NCBI GenBank assembly: GCA_937934305.1
Contig: CALHAG010000001.1
Coordinates: forward strand, 88,659-112,658
DNA length: 24,000 nucleotides
DNA from: Candidatus Caldarchaeum subterraneum
GTDB lineage: Archaea; Thermoproteota; Nitrososphaeria_A; Caldarchaeales; Caldarchaeaceae
Reading direction: 5' to 3'
The position numbers and the translations under genes are program-made. The notes below the pieces were generated by a model that worked only from the letters and a program-made list of their open reading frames with translations, was not told where the DNA came from and did no database searches. Of this stretch, positions 8,227 through 16,436 are shown one piece after another (the first letter of the stretch is position 1; every line of letters begins with the position of its first letter).

Positions 8227-8781
8227 ATGCTGCAGATTGGTGTGGGTTGTTCGAGTGACCGTGAGCCGTTGCCGGGTGCTGTTGAGAAGGCGCGGAGGTT
8301 TGCCGCGAGGTTGGGTGTTTACAGGGATGAGGTTGTTTTGCTGACGGGTGGCGACGGCGGCTTGATGCGTGTGGTGTGTGAAGAGTTTGTGCGGAGAGGT
8401 GGGATAACGGTGGGCGTCATCCCATACGAGGACGAGTTCATCGACAAAACTCATCCACGATACAATCCCTACAACACAATCGTCTTCCGCAGCGGACAAA
8501 CCTACCAAGCAAGAAGCATAGGCCTCGTCAGAAGCAGCGACAGCTTCGTCATCCTCGGCGGCGGCTCGGGAACAATCATCGAAGCACATCTCGCATACAT
8601 CTACCGCATCCCACTCATCATCCTCACCGAAACAGGCTATCCATCAGACATCCTCGCACAAATGCATCCCGACGGACACCTCGACCACCGAAAAATCAAC
8701 GCAGCCCACTACATCAACGACCCCGAAGAAGCAGCGGACAAAGCAGTCGCACTAGCACGACAAAAAACACAAAAGCTTTAA
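8227..8781 (+). CDS. TIGR00725 / LOG (lysine-decarboxylase-like) family protein
   Basis: Rossmann-like signatures: IGVGCSS...A..LG.......LLTGGDGGLMRVVCEEFVRRGGITVGVIP, and VILGGGSGTIIEAHLAY. The start is set at ATG 8227 (MLQIGVG), inside track ORF 8203..8781. Confidence 0.8.
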   Translation: MLQIGVGCSSDREPLPGAVEKARRFAARLGVYRDEVVLLTGGDGGLMRVVCEEFVRRGGITVGVIPYEDEFIDKTHPRYNPYNTIVFRSGQTYQARSIGLVRSSDSFVILGGGSGTIIEAHLAYIYRIPLIILTETGYPSDILAQMHPDGHLDHRKINAAHYINDPEEAADKAVALARQKTQKL

Positions 8782-8803
8782 CAAACCAAATAACAAAACA
8801 AAC

Positions 8804-9841
8804 ATGCAACATGAAACACAGATAGAGCAGCTGCTACACACTCCGCTCCAAGCAATCGAGGTCGGCGAAAAAACCATCGCCCAGCTCCTCGACCAAATGA
8901 AGCTAACAGGATTCCAGGGAAGAAACCTTGCACTCGCAGCCGAAACATGGGCGAAAGCCGCTCAAGCAAAAGACACAGTCATCATGCTCGGATACGCAGG
9001 CTCACTCAGCACAACTGGCCAGTGGAAAATCGTCAAATGGCTCGTCGAGAAAAGGTTTGTGGACGTTGTTGTGTCAACAGGGGCCAACATCTCAGAGGAC
9101 CTCATAGCCGCCATGGGCTACAACTACTACATAGGCACATCATACATCGACGACGACCTTCTCCGCCGCCTCCGCATCTACAGGTTCCACGACGTCTTCG
9201 TCAAGGAAGAAGACTACATCAAGATGGAGGAAATGATAGCCGACTTCATGCTGACACTCGACAACATGGAACCCATGTCCTCAGCCGAGTTCCTCCACCT
9301 CTTCGGCAAATGGCTAGACCAACGCAACATCCATGGAATAGTCCAAGCCGCATACAGAGCAGGAGTGCCCGTCTTCAGCCCAGCCATCGAAGACAGCGGA
9401 TACGGCGTCGCCTACATCATCAACAGACACCGCAAACCCGGCTACAAACTAATCCTCGACCACTTCAGAGACTATGAACAGCTCATCCGCATACGAGGCA
9501 GACATCGAGACAGCGCAGCAGTCTTCATCGGCGGAGGAGTTCCCAAAGACTTTATCCAATTATCAGCCGTCGCTGTCGACATTCTCGAGAAAGGAGACCC
9601 GCTCACCACTAGGCCCCATCGCTACGCCGTCCAGATAACCACCGACAACCCACACTGGGGAGGCTTATCTGGCGCAACACTCGAGGAGGGCAAGAGCTGG
9701 GGAAAGGAGACATCCGAGGGAGTAGGTGTCCAGTGCTTCTGCGACGCAACAATCGCACTACCGCTCATAGCCCACTACCTGCGCGAAAAAGTCGGCGAAA
9801 GAAAAAACAAGCCAGACCTCTCATGGGTCTTCTCTACCTGA
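8804..9841 (+). CDS. dys: Deoxyhypusine synthase
   Basis: Matching segments include MLGYAGSLSTTG, VVSTGANISEDL, FSPAIEDSGYG, GGGVPKDF and ITTDNPHWGGLSGATLEEGKSWGK. The length (345 aa) is typical. Confidence 0.93.
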   Translation: MQHETQIEQLLHTPLQAIEVGEKTIAQLLDQMKLTGFQGRNLALAAETWAKAAQAKDTVIMLGYAGSLSTTGQWKIVKWLVEKRFVDVVVSTGANISEDLIAAMGYNYYIGTSYIDDDLLRRLRIYRFHDVFVKEEDYIKMEEMIADFMLTLDNMEPMSSAEFLHLFGKWLDQRNIHGIVQAAYRAGVPVFSPAIEDSGYGVAYIINRHRKPGYKLILDHFRDYEQLIRIRGRHRDSAAVFIGGGVPKDFIQLSAVAVDILEKGDPLTTRPHRYAVQITTDNPHWGGLSGATLEEGKSWGKETSEGVGVQCFCDATIALPLIAHYLREKVGERKNKPDLSWVFST

Positions 9842-11186
9842 TGGCGAGAATCATCAAATCACCCACGTTCGTACCAGTTGGCCCCGTCAAAACCAGTCCA
9901 CCAACCCTGCTGAAAAACGTGTAGGAGTCATTGTCCTCGAGAAACTGCAGAGGGTCAATCCCCTCCCTTGCCGCGTTTCTGAGAGTCTGAGGAGCCGCGA
10001 CCGCCCCCGCCGCATCGGTTACACCGTCAACCCCATCCGTGCCAATCGATGCGAAAACAAACCTCGGAACATCACGTAAAAGATGCAGAGTGGCCAGCAC
10101 CAGCTCTTGGTTGCGGCCTCCTCTACCACGGCCTCGCACCGTCACGGTTGTCTCGCCCCCAGCCACCAGAGCGAAAGGCGGAGCATGTGGAACACCATGT
10201 TTCACCACATCACGGGCCACTGCGGCGAAAAGGCTCGCCACATTCCTCGCCTCCCCCACAACACCGCTCGTCAACGCAACAACACTGTAACCCCTTCGCC
10301 GCATCTCCACAGCGGCGGCCTTCACCGCATCAACACAGCCGCCGACAACCACGTTCACAACACGTCTAAAACACGGGTCCCCATGCTTAGGCGTCTCAGG
10401 ATACACCCCCTCAGCACCCCGACGCAGCCTTCTCCAAACATTCTCCGACACATCCACACCCCGTCTCCTCAAAACATCAAGAGCATCTCGAAAGGTTGTG
10501 GGATCCGGCGCAGTTGGCCCCGAGCCAATCACGTCGACACGGTCGCCGACAACGTCGGAGAGTATGAGGGAGAAGGCCCTGCAGCGGAGGTTTTTCGCAA
10601 GCCATCCACCCTTTAAAGCTGAGAGATGCTTCCGCACAGTGTTCAACTCATCTATAGAGGCACCGGCCTTCAGCAATGCAGAGGTTGTCTCAACTTTGTC
10701 CTGCAGCGAAACACCTTCCGCGGGCACAGCGGCCAATGCTGAAAAACCACCCGAGACAAGAACAAAGGCAAGCGAGTCTCCGCTGCATGATGAAGCCGTC
10801 TCGAGTATCCGCCGCCCCGCCTCCTCGCTCGAACTGTCTGGCAGCGGATGGCCTCCTTGTAGAACCTCGAGAGGTTTGAGACGCCGCTTCAGCCTGTATC
10901 CACGTGGAACAACAACCACACCCCTCACATCAAAGCCGTCGAGAAACCGCAGCATCTCAGCAGCCATCCCCTCCGCAGCCTTTCCGCCGCCAACTATGAC
11001 GAGGTCGCTGAACCGTCTCAGCTCAACCATCTTCCCACCTATTTGCAGACAATCACCACGACGCTTTATCACGCGACGAATCAAAGCACCCGGCTCAACA
11101 GCGGCCAACCCGCTCCTCAGCCCTGCCGCAACATCCTCTACACCACGCAGCCCCACTACACGCAACAACAAACATCCACCAAACAT
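9834..11186 (-). CDS. Glycerate 2-kinase / hydroxypyruvate reductase-like protein (DUF4147 + MOFRL domains)
   Basis: VIVGGGKAAEGMA in the N-terminal domain. The C-terminal MOFRL signature is LVAGGETTVTVRGRGRGGRNQELVLA ... ASIGTDGVDGVTDAAGA ... GPTGTNVGDL. Its end overlaps the dys end by 8 nt (convergent). Confidence 0.85.
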   Translation of the reverse strand: MFGGCLLLRVVGLRGVEDVAAGLRSGLAAVEPGALIRRVIKRRGDCLQIGGKMVELRRFSDLVIVGGGKAAEGMAAEMLRFLDGFDVRGVVVVPRGYRLKRRLKPLEVLQGGHPLPDSSSEEAGRRILETASSCSGDSLAFVLVSGGFSALAAVPAEGVSLQDKVETTSALLKAGASIDELNTVRKHLSALKGGWLAKNLRCRAFSLILSDVVGDRVDVIGSGPTAPDPTTFRDALDVLRRRGVDVSENVWRRLRRGAEGVYPETPKHGDPCFRRVVNVVVGGCVDAVKAAAVEMRRRGYSVVALTSGVVGEARNVASLFAAVARDVVKHGVPHAPPFALVAGGETTVTVRGRGRGGRNQELVLATLHLLRDVPRFVFASIGTDGVDGVTDAAGAVAAPQTLRNAAREGIDPLQFLEDNDSYTFFSRVGGLVLTGPTGTNVGDLMILAIR

Positions 11187-11244
11187 CCCTACAAGCTTAA
11201 CGGCGGGAAAAAGGGTTAAAGCAAACCCAAAAAAGAAAACGGTG

Positions 11245-11874
11245 ATGGATATTTTCTCGCAGGCTTTCTGGGAGGGGTTAACGGCGTATGGCTATTTCGG
11301 TGTCTTAGCGGCCAGTTTCCTCGGAAGCCTCCTCCCATTTGTCTCAGGCCCCTACATCCCTCCCATCATCATCGCCGTGATGGCTGGAAGGCTTGACCCT
11401 CTTCCAACGGCGTTGGCAAGCGCTACGGGAGCGGCGTCGGCGAAGCTTATTCTCTTCAGGTTCTTCAAAGGCGGCCGAGTACTGATAAGCGACGAGACAA
11501 GGAGAAGAATCGAGCCTCTCGAACGGCTTGTGGCACGGCATGGCTGGTTCGCCGTCCTCGCCGCAGCCGCCACACCCCTCCCCGACGACATCATCTACAT
11601 CCTCCTCGCCGTAGCCAACTACAGCAGCAAACTCTTCCTCCCCACAGTCTTCGCAGGCAAACTCCTCATCACAACCATCGCAGCCTACACAGCCCTCTAC
11701 TGGAGCACACTCGCATGCACAATAATCGAATGCACAGCAGGCCAGCTCAACCCTCTCCAAACAATCCTCCTCGCAGCAGCATCAGCCGCAGCAGCCATGA
11801 CACTCATCTACATAATAACAAGACTCGACTGGCAAAAAATCCTCACAAAACTAGGAGAACATACGCAACGCTAA
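11245..11874 (+). CDS. DedA/VTT-domain-like polytopic membrane protein
   Basis: Four to five hydrophobic helices. A re-entrant-loop-like motif (LLPFVSGPYIPPIIIAVMAG) and ATPLPDDIIYILLAV resemble the VTT/SNARE-associated family. The start is set at ATG 11245; the upstream part of track ORF 10498..11874 is antisense to the kinase gene. Confidence 0.55.
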   Translation: MDIFSQAFWEGLTAYGYFGVLAASFLGSLLPFVSGPYIPPIIIAVMAGRLDPLPTALASATGAASAKLILFRFFKGGRVLISDETRRRIEPLERLVARHGWFAVLAAAATPLPDDIIYILLAVANYSSKLFLPTVFAGKLLITTIAAYTALYWSTLACTIIECTAGQLNPLQTILLAAASAAAAMTLIYIITRLDWQKILTKLGEHTQR

Positions 11875-11898
11875 AATCTCGCAACAAATACTTCCTCC

Positions 11899-12180
11899 GT
11901 GCCTCACAGGCTTGAGCTTTTCATCTCAGACTGTCCTCTCTGCCGAAAGACACGCGCCATGATTGAGCTGGGAAAATGCGCCGGCTGCAGCTTCACCGTT
12001 CACGACCTCTCCAAAAACTTCAACGCCGTTGAAGAGCTTGTGAAAAAGTATCAAATACGCTCCGTTCCCACGCTCATCATAGACGGGAAAATAAAAATCG
12101 AGGGCGTTCCAACATTCACCTTCATATGCGACGAAAACCTCTATCGCATCCTTGAGGAGAAATATGCCTCCAAACCATAA
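11899..12180 (+). CDS. Thioredoxin-fold (glutaredoxin-like) small protein with a CPLC active site
   Basis: LELFISDCPLCRK ... IRSVPTLIIDGK fits the thioredoxin-fold pattern of CxxC followed by a cis-Pro (VP) loop. GTG start. Confidence 0.7.
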   Translation: MPHRLELFISDCPLCRKTRAMIELGKCAGCSFTVHDLSKNFNAVEELVKKYQIRSVPTLIIDGKIKIEGVPTFTFICDENLYRILEEKYASKP

Positions 12181-12242
12181 GCCGCATGTTCAAAACATCT
12201 TACGAGGTTAGCCATTTTTCGGTAAAGGCTTAAGAGGTTGAT

Positions 12243-13220
12243 GTGAGCAGGGTGTTTGGGACGCTGTTGGACACGGGTTCTTCACAGTTTGTGCTGAGTA
12301 GCATGAGGCCGGTCACTTGGGAGGATTATCGCCGCTATGTGGCTGAGAAAGGCTATGTCGAGGTGGAGGATGTCAGGATAGAGATAGGTAAACCACATAA
12401 AATCACTTCCTACAGCCCACCCGCATCATACAGTCTCGAGACCACAACGGTGTGGAGTTTTCCAGACCGCGGCGACTGGGCCACACACTCCGGCGACTAC
12501 AGGGGAAACTGGAGCCCCTATGTCCCAAGAAACCTCATTCTAAAATACACTAAGCCCGGGGAGCTTGTGCTTGACCAGATGTGCGGCTCGGGAACCACGC
12601 TGGTTGAGGCAAAACTATTGGGAAGAAACGCGATAGGCGTCGACATCAACTATGAAGCATGCATACTCACGCTGGACAGGCTCAATTTCGAATTCCATCC
12701 ACTGGATGAACAGCGGGAACCGGTGATAAAGGTGTATCACGGCGATGCGGCAAAACTCAACGTCATAGAAGATGAGAGTGTAGACTTGATCGCCACACAT
12801 CCACCCTATTGGAACATCATCCCATATTCCCAGAAAAGACCCGAAGGCGACCTTTCAGCATACAGAAAACTCGAAGATTATCTGGGAAAAATGATGCAGA
12901 TAGCCCGTGAATCCTACCGTGTTCTGAAACCGGGGCGATACTGTGCAATACTCATCGGAGACACGCGAAAACACAAACACTACGTGCCTATCTCCACTTA
13001 CGTGATGCTGAAATTCTTGCAAACGGGATTTGTTCTGGCGGAGGATATAATCAAGCTGCAGCACAAAATGAAGACTACGCGTGAAAAATGGGGTGGAAAA
13101 AATTTTGAACAGTATGGTTTCCATAAAATAGCCCATGAACATCTTTACGTTTTCAGAAAGCCGGGAAACGAGGAAGAACGCGGCAGATTGTCGTTGAGCA
13201 GCTGGTTGACGAAGATTTGA
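12243..13220 (+). CDS. DNA (N6-adenine or N4-cytosine) methyltransferase with permuted motif order
   Basis: The AdoMet motif I (LDQMCGSGTTLVEAKLLGRNAIGVDIN, 12573-12599 core) precedes a motif IV variant (LIATHPPYW; HPPY at 12798-12809). It is followed by ...YRVLKPGRYCAILIGD, as in N6_N4 methylases. Confidence 0.8.
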   Translation: MSRVFGTLLDTGSSQFVLSSMRPVTWEDYRRYVAEKGYVEVEDVRIEIGKPHKITSYSPPASYSLETTTVWSFPDRGDWATHSGDYRGNWSPYVPRNLILKYTKPGELVLDQMCGSGTTLVEAKLLGRNAIGVDINYEACILTLDRLNFEFHPLDEQREPVIKVYHGDAAKLNVIEDESVDLIATHPPYWNIIPYSQKRPEGDLSAYRKLEDYLGKMMQIARESYRVLKPGRYCAILIGDTRKHKHYVPISTYVMLKFLQTGFVLAEDIIKLQHKMKTTREKWGGKNFEQYGFHKIAHEHLYVFRKPGNEEERGRLSLSSWLTKI

Positions 13221-13816
13221 CCGAGCTGTCGACCGGCGAATATTTTGGCAGAGGTAGGAATAGAAGGAGAATACTCGAGGTAATCAGGCTCAGCAACGGA
13301 TGGATACTGCTCAAAACCGAAAACAGCAAATCTAAACATGATTTCAAGGTGAGAACGGTTTACCAGCTCAGGCCTCGAATAAGGTCATATACACCTAAGC
13401 ATGCACACTTCGCCATAGATTTCTACGGCAAGTTATGCGCTGACAAGGCGAAAGCCATGCAGGTCCTAAAAGCTATTGTGGAGGTTTGGCAAGGGGCGGA
13501 CATCGCAACCGTTGTCGAAAGGTTTAGACATGCCGTTAAAGATCTTCCAGGATATGATTTGGAGTATATTCTCTATGCTTTGGCATGGATTTTCCGGCAA
13601 GAAGATGTCAATTTCGCTGGAAGGCCTGAGAGCAGGCAGCGTGAGCTAGATGAGACGCTAAACCGTCTAGGCTTCAAGGTGCCTAAAGACAGGTTGGGAA
13701 GCCAACTCGCCCTAGCGCTTCTCTGCAACATAGCAAATGGAATGCATCCCGTAGACGCGCTCCTAAGAGCCAACCTCGACGTTCTACCCATCAAAAGAGG
13801 AAAAGGGAAGGTGTGA
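13217..13816 (+). CDS. Hypothetical protein (199 aa); candidate restriction endonuclease or specificity partner of the methyltransferase
   Basis: The ORF starts at a TTG that overlaps the methyltransferase stop by 4 nt (TTGA). No catalytic motif was recognised, so the function is inferred only from coupling to the methyltransferase. The start codon is uncertain (alternative GTG at 13349). Confidence 0.5.
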   Translation: MTELSTGEYFGRGRNRRRILEVIRLSNGWILLKTENSKSKHDFKVRTVYQLRPRIRSYTPKHAHFAIDFYGKLCADKAKAMQVLKAIVEVWQGADIATVVERFRHAVKDLPGYDLEYILYALAWIFRQEDVNFAGRPESRQRELDETLNRLGFKVPKDRLGSQLALALLCNIANGMHPVDALLRANLDVLPIKRGKGKV

Positions 13817-13936
13817 AAATGCTTTGGAATTGAGAGTGTTGCTTCAGTTGCTGCACACGTGTCAGTGGAAAAGGTTTCGACATCATTCTACCCGAAACCG
13901 GCATCCTCTTCAAGCCTTTCAAAGCAGCATCAAACA

Positions 13937-14021
13937 TGCGGGGGGTGGGATTTGAACCCACGAACCCCTGCGGGAGCAGGTCTTGAGCCTGCCGCCGTTG
14001 ACCAGGCTTGGCTACCCCCGC
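13937..14021 (-). tRNA. tRNA-Leu (anticodon CAA), no encoded CCA
   Basis: The minus strand reads GCGGGGG-TA-GCC-AAGCCTGGTCAAC-GGC-G-GCAGG-CTCAAGA-CCTGC-TCCCGCAGGGGTTC-GTGGG-TTCAAAT-CCCAC-CCCCCGC-A. This gives a 7-bp acceptor stem, 5-bp anticodon stem, a loop with CAA, a long variable arm (class II) and a canonical T-loop. Confidence 0.93.
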
Positions 14022-14179
14022 CTAGACTGTTTTAAGGTGTTGTTTGTTTTTAGGCTTTTTCGCGTGGTCAGCGACGTAGAATAGCATATTGATGGTGTGG
14101 AAAAGCATAGAGTTTTTCGCTGTGTGGTTGGAATGTTCGCTGCATTCTTTTGCTGTAATTAGTTAAGGCTTATATCCTG

Positions 14180-14187
14180 CATATAAT
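14180..14187 (+). promoter_or_regulatory. TATA-like box upstream of the tusA-like gene
   Basis: catataat lies 21-28 nt upstream of ATG 14208. Called by position only. Confidence 0.3.
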
Positions 14188-14207
14188 TTGTTTAGACGGT
14201 GGCTTGA

Positions 14208-14456
14208 ATGGAGATGGCTAAACCTGTTTTGACGGTCGATGTTAGGGGGGCGATGTGCCCGTGGCCTGTGCTCAAGACCCGTGAAGCGGTTCAGCGGATA
14301 AACGTGGGCGAGGTGGTGGAGGTGTTGGCCACTGACCCTGCTTCGAAACCCGACCTCGAGGCATGGGCCCGCAAAACAGGAAACCGCATCCTCTCAGTGG
14401 AAGAAACCGGCACAGACCCCGTTGTCTACAGGTTTTTGATTGAGAGGGTGAAGTAG
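14208..14456 (+). CDS. TusA/SirA-family sulfur carrier protein
   Basis: LTVDVRGAMCPWPVLKTREAV contains the family's C-P-x-P active-site motif. The size (82 aa) is typical. Confidence 0.85.
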   Translation: MEMAKPVLTVDVRGAMCPWPVLKTREAVQRINVGEVVEVLATDPASKPDLEAWARKTGNRILSVEETGTDPVVYRFLIERVK

Positions 14457-14879
14457 ATGAGTGAGGAGAAGACGCGGCTAGTTATTGTGGCGAGCCGGGG
14501 AACCGCTGACGGGCTGTATCCCGCGTTGATACTTGCGACAACCGCTGTCGCACAGGGTAAGGAGGCCGCGGTCTACTTCACGTTCGGCGGCATGAAGCTT
14601 TTGACCAAACAGATGGCTGAGACGATCAAGCCGTCGGTCGACTTGGGCGTCAGCAAAGAGCAGCTGGAGCAGCTTCTCGCAAAAGGCGGAATGCCCAGCC
14701 TCCTCGACATGCTGAAGATGGCGAAGCAGAGCGGTGTAAAGGTTTATGCATGCTCGCCAACCATGAACCTCTTCGGACTTAAGAAGGAAGATTTGGTTGA
14801 TGTGGTCGACGACATCATAGGCGCGTCAACCTTCCTCGAGATAGCGTCGGACCCGAAGACGCTCGCACTCTTCATCTAG
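14457..14879 (+). CDS. DsrE/DsrF-like family protein (COG2210-type)
   Basis: LVIVASRGTADGLYPALILATTAVAQGKEAAVYFTFGGMKLL ... GVKVYACSPTMNLFG ... GASTFLE. Its start directly abuts the tusA-like stop (TAGATG), which is the usual TusA-DsrE pairing. Confidence 0.8.
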   Translation: MSEEKTRLVIVASRGTADGLYPALILATTAVAQGKEAAVYFTFGGMKLLTKQMAETIKPSVDLGVSKEQLEQLLAKGGMPSLLDMLKMAKQSGVKVYACSPTMNLFGLKKEDLVDVVDDIIGASTFLEIASDPKTLALFI

Positions 14880-15320
14880 CTACTCCAACACCGTGAACGT
14901 CGCGGTCAACACACGCTTCTCACCGCCAACATCCACCTCTTTCACAAGCCTGTAGTCACCAGCCTCAACATCCATCGGTAACTCAACCTTTTTGCTGAAT
15001 GATTCGCCAGGCTCCAGGCTGTAGTAGATGAGTATCCACACCCGGTCTTTCATCCACTCAACCGACACCCATTCGCCGTCTTGTTTTTTCTGGATGTCGT
15101 AGGGTTCGCCGAAGCCGATGGTCTCCGGTGTCTTGTTTATGACGGTGTATGTAAGGGTTCGCTGACCCCTGTAAAGCTCTGTTTTATCCAAGACGAGAAA
15201 AACCTCCTTGACAGGTGGAGCGGGGCCAATAGGCTGTGGCTCCATATTCATAGCCAGTATCACCAGAGCAGAGACCGCAAAAGCCGCCGCCAAAGCCAAC
15301 ACAATCAACGCCGTCCTCAT
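14880..15320 (-). CDS. Signal-anchored or secreted hypothetical protein (probable small beta-sandwich)
   Basis: An N-terminal hydrophobic segment (MRTALIVLALAAAFAVSALVILAM) is followed by a beta-rich sequence. It lies 5 nt downstream of the SRPBCC-membrane gene on the same strand. Confidence 0.7.
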   Translation of the reverse strand: MRTALIVLALAAAFAVSALVILAMNMEPQPIGPAPPVKEVFLVLDKTELYRGQRTLTYTVINKTPETIGFGEPYDIQKKQDGEWVSVEWMKDRVWILIYYSLEPGESFSKKVELPMDVEAGDYRLVKEVDVGGEKRVLTATFTVLE

Positions 15321-15325
15321 GGCTT

Positions 15326-16315
15326 TTACTTGTCTCCCGATGCTTTATTTCTAATGTCTAGAACATTATTTCGGAGGGCTTTGCGGGCTTTTGCTATGCA
15401 TCCTGCTTTGGGGCTGAATATGGATGTGAATATTATGTTTGCTATTGCGATGAGTAGGAGTATTTGGGCTGCGAGGCTGTTGGGGTTGCTGCTGAGCATT
15501 ATGATTGGGACTGTGAGGGGGAAGAGCATGGACGCGATGGGGCCTGCGGCATACATGGCTGCGTAGCCGCGTGGCGATGCTCGGGTGTTGGCGCGGTCTA
15601 TTTTGATGCCGAGGGCTACTGGAAGTGTTTTGAATGGTTTTGGCAGTATGTTGAGGCGGACGATGTTGCTGAGGCCGATGTAGTAGTTGCTGAACCTTAT
15701 GCCTGCGAGTTTTCCGACAACGTAGTGGGCTAGGTCGTGTGTGAAGAACCATAGGAGAAGAAATGAGATGAGGCCCGTGACGAGTCTGCCTCCCGGTATC
15801 TGGAGGGGCTGGAGCCATAGCAGTATGTAGGCGGCTGCTGTGCCGAGGACGGATATCAGGTTTCCTGCTGCGAGGCTGATTTTGAAGGGGTCTTTGTAAT
15901 CTGGTTTTTCACCTGCTCCGAGGCTGTGTTTGATAGCTTCATGTCGGTAGGTGAGTATTTTTTTGAAGAACCTTCCCGCGAAGGGATTGCTTGACTCGAG
16001 AACCATGTCCTCGACTATTTTTGTGCCGCCGTCGGCTGGTGTGGTGATGATGGTGTGGTAGAGTTTTCCGAATGGGAAGTCGAGTGTTTCGTGGTATTGC
16101 TCAGTGGTGGAGCGTTCGATGATGCGGAAACGTGTCTGATAGCGTTGGCCGAGGAGACGGAATGAGACCGTGTAAACATCCTTATCCCATGAGACAAGCT
16201 TCATCCCAAGCTCCATGGGCCAAACCTTTCCCATGTTCTCGACAGTGCGGAAAAAACCGTAAACCTCCTCAACCGGCCGAGGCACAACATACTCAAAACG
16301 AAAAACCCACTTCAC
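15326..16315 (-). CDS. Fusion protein: N-terminal SRPBCC/START-like ligand-binding domain plus a C-terminal polytopic membrane domain with an HDLAH (zincin-like HExxH variant) motif
   Basis: The N-terminal ~135 aa resemble the polyketide-cyclase/SRPBCC fold (F.F.YVVPRPVEEVYGFF...). The C-terminal half has about 4-5 TM helices. FFTHDLAHYVVGKLAGI (HDLAH at 15725-15739) and YAAGPIASMLF resemble the M50/M50B site-2-protease motifs HExxH and AGP. Confidence 0.75.
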   Translation of the reverse strand: MKWVFRFEYVVPRPVEEVYGFFRTVENMGKVWPMELGMKLVSWDKDVYTVSFRLLGQRYQTRFRIIERSTTEQYHETLDFPFGKLYHTIITTPADGGTKIVEDMVLESSNPFAGRFFKKILTYRHEAIKHSLGAGEKPDYKDPFKISLAAGNLISVLGTAAAYILLWLQPLQIPGGRLVTGLISFLLLWFFTHDLAHYVVGKLAGIRFSNYYIGLSNIVRLNILPKPFKTLPVALGIKIDRANTRASPRGYAAMYAAGPIASMLFPLTVPIIMLSSNPNSLAAQILLLIAIANIIFTSIFSPKAGCIAKARKALRNNVLDIRNKASGDK

Positions 16316-16396
16316 AACCCGCCAAACACCACCTCACCACATAAACTTACCCCCTTAACAAACAGTCGTAAAACAGAAGCCACCTCCAACAAATCC

Positions 16397-16414
16397 AAAT
16401 AAAAAAGATATTAA
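16397..16414 (+). promoter_or_regulatory. A/T-rich TATA-like element upstream of csx1
   Basis: aaataaaaaagatattaa ends about 23 nt upstream of GTG 16437. It sits in the 121-nt divergent intergenic region. Confidence 0.35.
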
Positions 16415-16436
16415 CAATCCATGCATTCACGACAGT

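Noticed and set aside
8413-8413. Interpreting the G+T/A+C skew switch as a replication origin or terminus
   Set aside because: There are at least five sign changes within about 9 kb, several inside intact ORFs. I saw no ORB-like repeats or cdc6/orc1 gene. The density is incompatible with replication-driven skew.
8947-10616. Long plus-strand ORFs 8947..9477, 10049..10369 and 10083..10616 (P/H/R/Q/T-rich), and similarly 15366..15818 on the minus strand
   Set aside because: They are alternative-frame or antisense readings of strongly skewed DNA. Their composition is typical of translating A+C-rich sequence, they have no motifs, and they overlap confidently assigned genes.
10498-11244. The first ~249 codons of the 458-aa track ORF 10498..11874 (plus strand), which would make a very large protein
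   Set aside because: This part is antisense to the well-supported MOFRL kinase gene and translates to low-complexity P/S/T/R-rich sequence. It lies in an A+C-rich, stop-codon-poor strand block. The credible gene begins at ATG 11245, with hydrophobic helices.
13844-13886. Possible C/D-box sRNA on the minus strand between the 199-aa ORF and tRNA-Leu (ATGATGT ... CTGA ... CTGA)
   Set aside because: The C box is imperfect and no C' box is present. The 14-nt spacing between the two CTGA boxes cannot hold a C' box plus a guide.
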